A stretch of 64,000 bases of DNA from NCBI GenBank assembly GCA_964016885.1, contig OZ024762.1:10602001-10666000 (forward strand), read 5' to 3'. The notes below the pieces were generated by a model, which worked only from the letters and a program-made list of their open reading frames with translations, was not told where the DNA came from and made no database searches. Both the position numbers and the translations under genes were made by a program. Source of the DNA: Eledone cirrhosa. Taxonomy: Eukaryota. This document shows, in pieces, positions 49,588 through 62,201 of the stretch; the first letter of the stretch is position 1, and each line of letters starts with the position of its first letter.

Positions 49588-50448
49588 AAGTACACTCTAT
49601 AAAATGCACCATAATAATATAAAAACAATGGCAATCTCTATCATCATTATTGTTTTGTCCATTTCTCCATGATTTCCATGGGTTGGACAGGTTATTTCCA
49701 ACACTGTCTCTTTCCAATTGTAATGTTCCTCTATCATTTCCACTGATAGAATGCATAGCTCAGAGATCACACAGCTGCTCTCGGTTGAGTTGCTACTTCT
49801 CCGAATTGAGAGATCACAGCTCTGATACTACGAGTATATGGTTAGCATACAAGTGGTCAAAATTGGGTTTCTTTCGAAGGGTCTTTGGAATAACGTTACT
49901 TGATAGAGTGTGTAGTTCGGAGATCAGAGTCACTCAAGGTAGATCCGCTACTTCTCCAAATTGAGAGATCACATCACTACGGACATGAGGTTAGAATGTC
50001 TCAGGGGGGAAAGAATCGTTAGACAGATTTTATGAGCAAAACCATTACCTGCAGGAGACCCAGAGGTAGACCCAAAGCAAGGTGGTTGGATAACATCCAT
50101 AAGCTTGGCTGGTCTCACTTGGGGATCCAGCCACATCAATTAGAGACAGTTGCTTCTGACAAAGCCCGCAGGAAAGAATGTTTGAGGACTCTGCCTCAAT
50201 GACCCTCCCAGGAAAAGATGGGTGAAGAAGAAGGTTCACTATTTTGAGATAAGCTCAAGCCAACTCTGCCCTTCTCTACTGGCAACTTCTTCAGCTAACA
50301 TTCATCATTCATACACATCACATGTCCATAACAGCAAAGTCTTCTCTCTTGCATGCTACACATGACTCCTCTTATAACCAGTTTTTCTCTCTGTTCAAGC
50401 ATGCCCTGTCTTCACACACACTAAGTTCAAGATCAAATAGAGACATAC

Positions 50449-50558
50449 GCCTTTCTTGGAAGTACTGGCTTTTTTCGAGGCTAACACAGATTTTCTGGGT
50501 TCTATTTGGCTTGGTGATACACTTAAGGCAACATCCACATTTGGACCTTCAGCAAGAT
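50449..50558 (-). CDS. ARFGAP2/3: ArfGAP2/3 exon (LAEGPNVDVALSVSPSQIEPRKSVLASKKASTSKKG)
   Basis: Acceptor tttctgttag, donor GGC|gtatgt, phase 1/0. Confidence 0.9.
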
Positions 50559-50611
50559 CTAACAGAAAAAAAACAAATAAACATGTAGATAAATACATGA
50601 GAAGAAAAGAG

Positions 50612-50970
50612 TCAAGAGCAAAGATCAACAAGTTTAAGAGCAAGGATCAACAAGGTTAAGAGTAAGGATCAACAAGGTTAAGAGCAAGGATCAACAAGGT
50701 TAAGAGCAAAGATCAACAGGGTTAAGGGCAAAGATCAACAGGGTTAAGAGCAAGGATCAACATGGTTAAGAGCAAGGATCAACATGGTTAAGAGCAAGGA
50801 TCAACATGGTTAAGAGCAAGGATCAACATGGTTAAGAGCAAGGACCAACAGGGTTAAGAACAAAGATCAACAGGGTTGAGAACAAAGATCAACAGGGTTG
50901 AGAGCAAGATCAACTGAGTTAAGAGTGAGGATCAACAGGGTTAAGAATGAAGATCAACAGGGTTAAGAGA
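50612..50970. repeat. 22-bp minisatellite filling an ArfGAP intron
   Basis: Unit AAGAGCAAGGATCAACATGGTT, about 16 copies. Confidence 0.9.
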
Positions 50971-50988
50971 GCAAAGATGAAAACTTAC

Positions 50989-51202
50989 TTCTATCTGCAT
51001 TAACTTTTGCGGTTGACAATTTGACATTGTTATTGTTATGGCTGAATGATTCTGAATTTAGTTTCGAACTGTCTGTGAGGCCATTTGTATTGCTATCGTT
51101 ACACAGCAAAGTATTGTTAACATTGTCAGATATTTCCTCAAAGAAATCAACTTCTTTTGGTGGTGTTGCTTCCTCTGTAGGGGTAGTACTGTCCAAGTGT
51201 AG
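50989..51202 (-). CDS. ARFGAP2/3: ArfGAP2/3 exon (LHLDSTTPTEEATPPKEVDFFEE...VNADR)
   Basis: DFF motif after the GAP domain; acceptor ttttccag, donor A|gtaagt, phase 0/1. Confidence 0.9.
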
Positions 51203-51239
51203 CTGGAAAATACAATTGTTCATTACAGTATTTAAATAT

Positions 51240-51835
51240 CTGCACCCAGTCCACTCTGTAAAGTGATAGCGTTGGTGTCACAAAATGCACCCAGCCCATG
51301 CTGAAAGTAATAGAACTGGGGCCATGATAAAATACACCCACTCCTGTCTGTAAAATTATAGTGCTGGGGTCATGATAAAATACACCCAGTACACTCTATA
51401 AAGCGGTAGTGCTGCTGCCACAATAAAATGTACCCAGCCTACTCTATAAAGTGGTAGTGATGGTGCAACAATAAAATACACCCAGTACACTCTGTAAAGT
51501 GGTAGTACTGGTGTCATGATAAAATATACCCAGTACACTCTGTAAAGTGGTAGTGCTGGTGTCACAATAAAATACACCCAGTACACTCTGTAAAGTGATA
51601 GTACTGGTGTCATGATAAAATATACCCAGTACACTCTGTAAAGTGGTAGTGCTGGTGTCACAATAAAATACACCCAGTACACTCTGTAAAGTGATAGTAC
51701 TGGTGTCATGATAAAATATACCCAGTACACTCTGTAAAGTGGTAGTGCTGGTGTCACAATAAAATACACCCAGTACACTCTGTAAAATGGTAGTGCTGGT
51801 GTCACAATAAAATACACCTAGTACACTCTGTAAAT
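51240..51835. repeat. 49-bp minisatellite (98-bp dimer), same ancestry as the 32060 and 40570 arrays
   Basis: Unit CCCAGTACACTCTGTAAAGTGGTAGTGCTGGTGTCACAATAAAATACA. Confidence 0.88.
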
Positions 51836-51899
51836 TGTGTACTTATATTGTCACAGTGTGTGTTTCTATGTTCACACAATTGTAACATTTTTTAACAGC

Positions 51900-52715
51900 A
51901 ACAATGATTTCTACTTTAGGCACAAGGCCAGCAATTTTGGGGGGAGGGAAAAGTCGATTAAATCGACCCCAGTGCATTACTGGTACTTTATTTTATCGAC
52001 CCCTTAAGGATGAAGGGCAAAGCTAACCTTGGTGAGATTTGAACTCAGAACATAAAGAGCCATAACTCTATGCTGCAAAGCATGGCATCTGACGCTCTAC
52101 CGATCCACCGCCCTTTAAAATAATGGTTTCTGATTTAGACACAAGGCCAACAATTTGGGGAAAGGAGAAAGTCGATTAAATCGACCCTAGTGTAATTACT
52201 GGTACTTTATAAAGACTTCGGCTGTCAAGAAAGTTTGTTTTCTTACATAGATACAAGACTTCAAGTTGTTAGAATCATGATTTCTAATTTGATAATTATA
52301 ATGATTTCTAGTACAGGCACAAGGTCAGTAATTTGGGGGAGGGAAAAGTCAATTAAATCGACCCCACTGCATTACTAGTACTTTATTTTATCGACCCCCG
52401 TAAGGATAAAAGGCAAAGTTAACCTCGGCAGGATTTGAAACTCAGACCGCAAAGGGCCGTAACTCTATGCTGAAAAGCATGGCGTCTGATACCCTACCAA
52501 TACTGCCATTCTAATAATAATAAAAACAATGACTTCTAGTTTAGGCACAGGCCAATAATTTGGGGGGAGGGGAAAATCAATTAAATCGACCCCAGTATGT
52601 TACTGGTGCTTTATTTTATCGACCCTGTAAGGATGAAAGGCAAACTTAACCTTGGTGGGATTTGAACTCAGTCCATAAAGGACTGTAACTCCATGCTGCA
52701 AAGCATCGTGTCCAT
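51900..52715 (-). mobile_element. Cluster of Deu/Nin-like tRNA SINEs
   Basis: About 4 copies of the family seen at 700-1320. Confidence 0.8.
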
Positions 52716-52749
52716 TTGATAATTATAATAGAGCATAATAGGACCTTAC

Positions 52750-52881
52750 CTTGTCTTTGTGAAGTCTCATCATATTTTGAGCCTGGCTTAACAATCTTTC
52801 TCTGTAGAGATTGGCAGAGCGGCTATGGTACTTCTGTTGAGCATCATTGGTTATACAGCCATGTTGCCGAAAGAAATTCAT
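52750..52881 (-). CDS. ARFGAP2/3: ArfGAP2/3 exon, C-terminal part of the ArfGAP domain (MNFFRQHGC...KYHSRSANLYRERL...HKDK)
   Basis: FFRQHGC and KYxSRxAxLYR motifs; 132 nt, phase 0/0. Confidence 0.96.
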
Positions 52882-53336
52882 CTGCCAATATAGAAAATGA
52901 AGCAAATAAACCCCACAGAATTGGTTTTTGGGCAAATTTCTCGCCAGAATTTTTTCCAACATTCTGATGCGTATGTGTATATATATGTGTGCGTGTGTGT
53001 GTGTGAGTGTATGTAGATTGTACACAAAAGTGTAGTGAATGTTAGATATGTTTTCTGTAGTTTGTCATCACCCCTTCCTTCCTCAAACATTTCTAGTATG
53101 TGATGTCATCACCCCATCCTTCCTCAATCATCTCGTCTAGTGTATGACATCATCACCCCTTCCTTCCTCAGTCATCTCTAGTGCATGATGTCATCACCCC
53201 TTCCTTCCTCAAACATCTCTAGTGCGTCACCTCATCACCCCTTCCTTCCTCAGTCATCTGATATATACATACATATATATATATATATATCATATATGAT
53301 AAAAGCAAGAAGAATATGATAAAAATTGCAACTCAC

Positions 53337-53528
53337 AGCATTTCCATTTCCTCCAACCTGCATTGTTCGTAGTTGCAGCCATGTCCAGCTGGTGTCAAGT
53401 TGGGTAGACCGGATAAAGCTAACATGGACTCCAAGGGATCTGTGTACAGCTGAACAATCAATACATAGGAAGACTCCATAGGTTACACTAGCCCATGTCG
53501 GATTGTTACTGCCACAATCAAAACATTG
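53337..53528 (-). CDS. ARFGAP2/3: ArfGAP2/3 exon, zinc-finger ArfGAP domain
   Basis: CFDC-x16-CIDC-SAVHR with the catalytic Arg, plus [15 protein letters not shown] and MQVGGN; 192 nt, phase 0/0. Confidence 0.98.
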
Positions 53529-55489
53529 CTGAAATACAAAGAAAAAATAGGGGACTATATAAGTAAGTGTTAACATTTGAAACAATGAAATTTCCATTTC
53601 GGACTGTATCTTATAAGAGGTTTGTTTAGTGATTTAACCCTTTAGTTACCATCCTTGCCAAAACCAGCTCTGACTTTATGAAATAAAATCACCAATAAAA
53701 TCTGTCCAGCGATGTTTTCCAGAGACATTTAAACCACATGCCAATAGAATCGGAGCTGTGATCTCTCAATTCGGAGAAGTGGTGTCTCTACCTGGAATAA
53801 CTCTCTGACCACCGAGCTACACTCTATCAAGTGATGCTACTCCAAAGACCCATTTTAAAGGTTTCCAATTTAAATTAAGATCTACAAAAATAATTTTATA
53901 TGAGAACCATTTTAACCCTTTAGTTACCAATGCAGCCTAAACCGGCTCTAATTCTATGAAATAAAATCATGCATTTTAAAGGTTTACAACTTAACCCTTT
54001 ACCATTCACATTACTCTATATTTACTATTGTATTTTCATAGTAAAGGCTTTATCTCACATAATATCGAATCTACGAGATTTTAATGTCCTTTATTTTGAG
54101 AACAATACCTTAACATTGGTATGAGCAGTTGGTTATGGCAGATTTGAATAGAAAGAGTTGAGAGAATTCAATAGAATAGATATACCATATCACTATGTCT
54201 AAGAGGCAATGGAAAGGGTTAGCGTCAGGAGAGCATCTGCCTGTAAAACATCGTCTCAAAACATTCCATTCAACACAAGTCAGCATGAAGGAGCAGATGT
54301 AAAAACAATGATGATGATGGTATGTGTGTGTGTCACCTACATGACCACTTTACAGTGTGGACTGGGTGCTTTTTGTTGTGTCGCCTACATGACCACTTTA
54401 CAAGTGGACTGGGTGCTTTTTGTTGTCACCCACATGACCACATGTAGGTGACAACAAAACATGGAGGCACATGGCTTAGTGGTTAGAGCATTAGCCTTGC
54501 AATCAAAAGGTTGTGAGTTCAATTCTCAGGCCGGGTGATGTGTTGTTTCCTTGAGCAAGACACTTTATTTCACATTGCTCCAGTTTACTCAGCTGTAGAA
54601 ATGAGATGATAGGGACTGGGGTCCCTATCATTCCACTGCAAAGTAGTCGTGGAGGTCCCACAGCAAAAAGCACCCAGCCCACACTGTAAAGTGGACGTGT
54701 AGGCGCCACGGAAAAAAAGCACCCAGCACTCACTGTAAATGAGGTTGGTGTTAGGAAGGGCATCCAGCTGTAGAAATCAAGCCAGAATCAGTTCCCGTCC
54801 CACCCTTGCAAGCAGGGAAAAGCGGATGTAAAAATGAAATGAAAATGAAATGATGATCACTTTACAAGTGGACAGATGTGGAATGATCGAGTACGGGTGT
54901 CGGATGGGGTGTATATTGGGTTAGGAGGTGCCTACTGACTGTAGGTTTAAGTTTGTATGTAAGGGAAGGCGGGACCTCTGTATAACTGCATAGCGCCAAA
55001 GATCTCGATCCAGTGATATTGTCTTAGAGAGGTGTAAGTAGTAAGCAAGGTCAGATTCTATCATCTCATCCCAGGTTTTTCTTGGTCTACTCACTCCGTA
55101 TCTTAATAAAAGAAGAAATAGGGAGGCAAGAGTATGAAGAAGAATGAGTGGAGAAAAAAAACAAACTTTTGGCATGGTCTTGTAACTCACGAGGGAGTCA
55201 CGGGGACACTGTATTGAAATATGGCGTTTCTAGAGCATTTTTGAAGCTGGCGGAGCCCATCATCTCTCTAGGTCTGAATATAGAAGATTTCTTCCAGAGA
55301 AGGATAGAGAAAGGAAAGAGTGGAAGAGAGAAAGGAAAGAGTGGAAGAGAGATAGAGAAAGGAAAGAGTGGAAGAGAGAAAGGAGAGAGTGGAAGAGAGA
55401 AAGGAAAGAGTGGAAGAGAGAAAGAGATACAGAGGAAGAATCTCCAATTGATTGGAACTTTTTTTGTCGACCTTAAATAGATGAAAGGC

Positions 55490-56164
55490 AACGCACACAT
55501 ACATACACACACAGACAGACACATATATACACACACATTTACACAGACACACATTTACACAGACACACATATACATAGACACACATATACACAGACACAC
55601 ATATACATAGACACACATACAGACATATATACACACACAGACAGACACATATATACACACACATTTACACAGACACACATTTACACAGACACACATATAC
55701 ATAGACACACATTTACACAGACACACATATACATAGACACACATATACATAGACACACATACAGACATATATACACACACAGATACACATTTACACAGAC
55801 ACACATATACATAGACACACATATACACAGACACACATATACATAGACACACATACAGACATATATACACACACAGATACACATTTACACAGACACACAT
55901 ATACATAGACACACATATACACAGACACACATATACATAGACACACATATACATAGACACACATACAGACATATATACACACACAGACACATTTACACAG
56001 ACACACATATACATAGACACACATATACATAGACACACATATACACAGACACACATATACATAGACACACATACAGACATATATACACACACAGATACAC
56101 ATTTACAGACATACACATATACAGACACACACACATATACATAGACACACATACACACACATAT

Positions 56165-56196
<32 letters not shown>
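55490..56196. repeat. Compound CA/TA/GA microsatellite-minisatellite
   Basis: Direct reading. Confidence 0.9.
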
Positions 56197-56201
<5 letters not shown>

Positions 56202-56732
56202 AATGAGTCACCACAGTAATATAGAAATAAAATTCATAGACAATTAAAAATTAAACATTATATAAGAAAAGGTGAACTTTGAATTTCTTTAAACAATAAG
56301 GTTTAACAAAAAGGACTGTGGTGGTAGCGGTGATAGTGGTACTGGTAGTGGCGGTGGTAGTAGTAATGGTGGTACTGGTAGTGGTTGTAGTTGTGGTGGT
56401 GATAGCAGTGGTAGTGGTGGTGATAGTGGTAGTAGTGGTGGTAGCGGTAGTAGTGGTGGTAGTAGTAGTAGTAATGGTAGTGGTTGTGGTGTTGAGTGTG
56501 GTGGTGGCAGTGCTAGTAGTAGTAGTAGTAGTGATAGTGGCTGTGGTGTAGAGTGTGGTGGTGAAGGATAAAACTAGTTAGACAAGCTATGGTTGGTGTG
56601 TATTGAGAGGGAGGGAACCACAAGTTGTTGGCAATGACAGTGACTTAACCTTATCAATGTAGTCGCTAGAAACAGCAGCCAAATCTACCTCAAACTACAC
56701 CCTATGCTTTTAAATGACATTAACATATATGT

Positions 56733-57200
56733 ATCATCATCATCATCATTTTACGTCCGCTTTTCCCTGCTTGCAAGGGTGGGACGGGTCTTATTCAGCA
56801 CAGCATCTCTCCACTTGTCACGGTCCTTCGTCATCTCCACCGTGAGCTTCAGCAATCTGAGGTCTGTTCTCACCACCTCCGCTCATGTTTTGCGTGGTCT
56901 ACCTCTACCACGTCTTCCTTCAACTGGCATTTCCTGGCACTTCTTCACCCATCGGTCATCATCCATGCGCATCACATGCCCATACCACCTCAGTCTCCTC
57001 TCTCGCACACTACATTCTATCCCTCTCAGACACAGTTTCTCTCTCAACACATTCATGCTGGGTCGTTCTCGCACATTAACATTGCACATCCAACGGAGCA
57101 TGCTTGCCTCATTTCTCTCCGGCCGTCGCATATCCTCTGCAGTTGTTGCCCATGTCTCACTACCATGCAGCATCACGCTCCTCACACAGGCATCATATAA
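56733..57200 (-). mobile_element. RTE-type LINE 3' end
   Basis: SVMLHGSETWA...MLRWMCNV...RRLRWYGHVMRM...GRPRKT with a (TGA)n tail. Confidence 0.87.
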
Positions 57201-57620
57201 CTAAACTATAATAAAGTAAGGAGTGTGGGACTGTGTACGGTTTATAACTTTTTATCGCATTAGTAAAATAAGTTGGATTGCTTTGAATAAATAATGAATG
57301 AATATTACATAATTTATCTACTAAATTTTGTAGCTGTTGATTAAATATATTTTATTGTTTATTTAAAGATTCACTTCTTTAAAATGTTCAAATGTCAACA
57401 CTTCCGGTTAGCGATCGCTTAAATAAACATTCATATATTTCCGTCACTAATTTTCTCCTAATGGAGTTTATATATAATATCGTCTTTTTTAATGTATCAT
57501 GGATTACGTTACTGACTACATAAGACAGTGTAACACAGTCTTCGTTCAGTTTCTGTGTATATTGTCAATTACGATTTTATTTGATGTATCATATCTACTT
57601 GTATATATACTTGCATATAT
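57200..57620 (+). repeat. Dispersed AT-rich repeat; deleted second copy at about 63100-63337
   Basis: Shared ATGTCAACACTTCCGGT...ATGTATCATATCTACTTGTATATATAC. Confidence 0.7.
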
Positions 57621-57989
57621 CATCATCTCTGAAAGGTACCTGAAACTGGTTGGACACATTCTGTGCATGTTTGAGTATCAGAACCCCCTCTCTGGTAATG
57701 AGACGGATCCCAGTCGGTTGTAAGTGGAAGAAAGGGAGACCCAAGAAAACTTGGCGCCCAACTTCTAAAGAAGATCTCCAGGGGATTGGATTGGACTGGG
57801 AATCTACGTAAGATGCTGCAGCTGATTGTGTAAATTGGAGAGGACTCATTGCTCAATATGCCCCAGGGTATAGGAGGACCTTAGACTAAGAGTCCTATAT
57901 AGAACACTAATATAGTTTCACTGACTGAAAGCTGTGAGGACCCAACAGCATTCAGCTGCGGCATCTTGCGTAGTTTCCCTGTCCCGCTA

Positions 57990-58865
57990 AACTTCCATAT
58001 GTGTGAGCTGTAACATGATAGGTTTGGGGGTCTCCTATCATTAAAACACCTGGGAAACCCCCCTGTGAGATGAAACCTCATAAGAGGTCAGCTAAACCTA
58101 CATAGGTGTGAACTATAACATGAGGTGACTGGGGTCTTAAAACACCTGGGAAACCTATGACAACCTCATAAGAGGCCAGCTAAACCTACATAGGTGTGAA
58201 CTATAACATGAGGTGACTGGGGTCTTAAAACATCTGGGAAACCTATGACATAACCTCATAAGAGGCCAGCTAAACCTACATAGAGGTGTGAACTATAACA
58301 ACATGAGGCGACTGGGGTCTTAAAACATCTGGGAAACCTATGACATAACCTCATAAGAGGCCAGCTAAACCTACATAGAGGTGTGAACTATAACAACATG
58401 AGGCAACTGGAGTCTTAAAACACCTGGGAAACCTATGACATAACCTCATAAGAGGCCAGCTAAACCTACATAGAGGTGTGAACTATAACAACATGAGGCA
58501 ACTGGAGTCTTAAAACACCTGGGAAACCTATGATATAACCTCATAAGAGGCCAGCTAAACCTACATAGAGGTGTGAACTATAACAACATGAGGCAACTGG
58601 AGTCTTAAAACACCTGGGAAACCTATGATATAACCTCATAAGAGGCCAGCTAAACCTGCATAGAGGTGTGAACTATAACAACATGAGGCAACTGGGGTCT
58701 TAAAACACCTGGGAAACCTATGACATAACCTCATAAGAGGCCAGCTAAACCTACATAGAGGTGTGAACTATAACAACATGAGGCAACTGGAGTCTTAAAA
58801 CACCTGGGAAACCTATGATATAACCTCATAAGAGGCCAGCTAAACCTACATAGGTGTGAATTGTA
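57990..58865. repeat. 95-bp tandem array, about 9 copies
   Basis: Period 95 (58301/58396/58491); flanked by a direct duplication (about 57810-57950 and 58920-59035). Confidence 0.88.
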
Positions 58866-61372
58866 AATATTTGTTCATGTAGGATAAGTAAAAATAAATA
58901 CTGGATAGGGAAACTACGCTAGATGCTGCAGCTGATCGTGTAAATTGGAGAGGACTCAATGGCTCAATATGACCCAGGGCATATATAGAACACTAATCTA
59001 GTTTCACTGACTGAAAGCTGTGAGGACACAACAACGTTCCAGATACCAGGCATCTAGACTCATGCCTCCCTTGACTCAAGACTACAGCTCAGTCAAAGAC
59101 ACAATGACAATGATGATATGGGGTGATGGTCATGGGTGGTAGGGGTAGTGGGGAAGAGAGCATCATACTGTTATGATGGCTTTGAAAAGCTGGACAAACT
59201 AATGATAACAGGAGAGAAGACATTCCACTGTGAGAATGTGTGTGTGTGTGTGTGTGCTAACATGCAAATGTGTGTATGTGCACGTGAGTGAATGAGGACT
59301 AGTGTGTGTGAGTATGTGAATGAAAGTGTGTGAGAATGTGTGTGTGTGTGTGCATATGAGTGTGTGTGTGAGTGTGAGGGCATGTGTGAGTGTGAGGGCA
59401 TGTGAATGAGTGTGTGTGTGTGTGTGTGTGAATGAGTATGTGTGAGTGTGTAAATGAGTATGTGAGTAAATGTGTGAATGCGAGTGTGAATATGACCGTG
59501 TATGTGTCAGTATGTATGCAAGAGAAATGTTTTGATACATGTGGCCTAGTAATTCTGGTGATAGTGGTGGTGCTGTTGTTGGTGTTGGTGATAGTAGTGG
59601 TGGTGGTGCTTATGATAGTGATGGTGTTGTTGTTGGTGGTGGTGGTGACAGTAGTGGTGGCGATGGTGCTTATGATAGGTGGTGGTGTTGGTGTCCTTGC
59701 TTAAAGTCAAACACCTACAATGACAAATATATAGAATATATTGACCCAGTATCTCACCTGCATTTATTTTTACTTATCCTACATGAACACATATTTACAA
59801 TTCACACCTATGTAGGTTTAGCTCGTCTCATACAAGGTTATATCATAGGTTTCCCAGGTCCCCTCATGTTATAGTTCGCACCTATGTAGGTTTAGCTGGC
59901 TTCTTATGAGGTTTCATCTCACAGCGGAGTTTCCCAGATGTTTTAACGATAGGGGACCCCAAACCTATCATGTTACAGCTCACACATATGGAAGTTTAGC
60001 TGGCCTCCTATAAGCCAGTATCTCATATGTTTTTCAGGTGTTTTAATGATAGGGACCCAAGTTCACACCTATGAAGGTTTAGTTAACCCCTTACAAGACT
60101 GCATCTCATAGGAGGTTTATTGGGTGTTTCAACCCTTTAGCATTTACATTACTCTATATATACTATTATATTTTCACAGTAAAGGCTTTACCTCACATAA
60201 CATTTACATTACTCTATATTTACTATTGTATTTTCACAGTAAACATTTTATCTCACATAATATCGAATCTACGAGATTTTGATATTATTTATTTTTAGAC
60301 CAACACCTTAACATAATAAGTAAGACCAGCTGGTTATGGCCGGTTTGAACAGAAAGAGGTGAGAGAAATCTGACTGGATATGGCCAGTTTAAATGCTAAT
60401 GTCAGCAGTCCCTATCATGAACAGCAATGTGAAATGAAGCATTTATTTTGGAACAGAACCCACCAGCCAGTCCAGGAATTGACCCCACAACATTATGATC
60501 TTGAGTCCAACACTCTAACCACTAGGCCTTTATAGAGGGGCAGACCTGATACTAAAGAATAACAAACCAAGTAGAATCCACATGACAGCTAGTTAAAGGT
60601 GACAACTTTACCTGAGTGACAGATATGCTGACAGGGGGAAATATTTGACAAATAAATCTCTCTCGCTCTCTCTTTCTCTTTATATATATCATCATCATCG
60701 TTTAACGGCCATCTTCCACGCTAGCATGGGTTTGGACAGGAATTTTCCCACTTGAGGCAAGATTGGTTGTCTTGCTTGTATAGGACTGTCTGGCGGGTTT
60801 TCTACGGCTGGATGCCCTTCCTAACACCAACCACGTTTACAGTGTGGACTGGGAGATTTTTACCGTGTTACCTACACAGCCGCATTACAGCGTGGACTGT
60901 CTGTTTTTTTTGTCGTGACACCTACACGACCTCATTTGTTTCGGACTGGATGTTGTGGTACCAACATAAACACGCACACACATATATGTATGTACAAACT
61001 ATATATTAATATATATATATATACAAACGCACACACATAAATCTCTTTCTATATATATACACACACACACGCAAATCTCTCTCCCTCTCTCTCTCTATAT
61101 ACATACACACACACAAATCTCTCTCCCTCTATATATACACACACACACATACAAATCTCTCTCCCTCTCTCTCTATATATATATATATACACACACACAC
61201 ATACAAATCTCTCCCTCTATAGATATATATATACACACACAAATATCTCTCCCTCTTTATATATATACACACACACACACACACATCTCTATGTACACAC
61301 ACATACATCTCTATACACACACACACACATATATATACACACACACATATATATATATATACACACAAACAC

Positions 61373-61407
<35 letters not shown>

Positions 61408-61931
61408 TATACATAGAGAGAGACAGGAAGAGAGAGAGAGGGAAGGGGAGAGAGAAATGTGGTATATACATATATATATATATATACACACACCCACAAA
61501 CACTAAATATATATATATATATATACAAAAACTATACATAAAGAGAGAGGGAAGGAGAGGGAGAGAGAGGGAAGGAGAGGGAGAGAGAGGGAAGGAGAGG
61601 GAGAGAGAAATGTGCTACTATATATGCATTGATTTAATATGTTAAGAAGGCTCACAGACATGGGTGGAAGCATGTGTCAACACACACACACACATACACA
61701 CAATCCTACAAACACACACACACAAACTTATTGAATTTCTAATTAATCCTCACACCATCTGAAACACCTACCTACTTACCTACCTGGTGGGTAAATTAAT
61801 GAAACTGGCTTTTAATATCCTCATGCCACTATATATATATGTTTAAAACACTCACACCACTATATATATGTGTATATACATACAAAATCACTAACACTCA
61901 TCATACATGTCTTCCATGTAGGTTTGGATTG

Positions 61932-61964
<33 letters not shown>

Positions 61965-61967
<3 letters not shown>

Positions 61968-62154
61968 CGAAGGAAATGTGGTAAGGGACCAGATGGACCA
62001 TAACGCACCAAAGTACTCAATACTTAGGGTAGTAGAGTGGGTAATAGGAACGAGTAGGACCCCGACGGCTGAGCTCAAGCCGTTTCGACGGCTAATTCTG
62101 GACTGAATTAGCCGTCGAAACGGCTTGAGCTCAGCCGTCGGGGTCCTACTCATT

Positions 62155-62160
<6 letters not shown>
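61965..62160. mobile_element. Palindromic (TA)n-targeted element family A copy
   Basis: Same sequence as 4447-4637 in reverse orientation; different loop (TGGACT vs TG). Confidence 0.8.
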
Positions 62161-62201
<41 letters not shown>

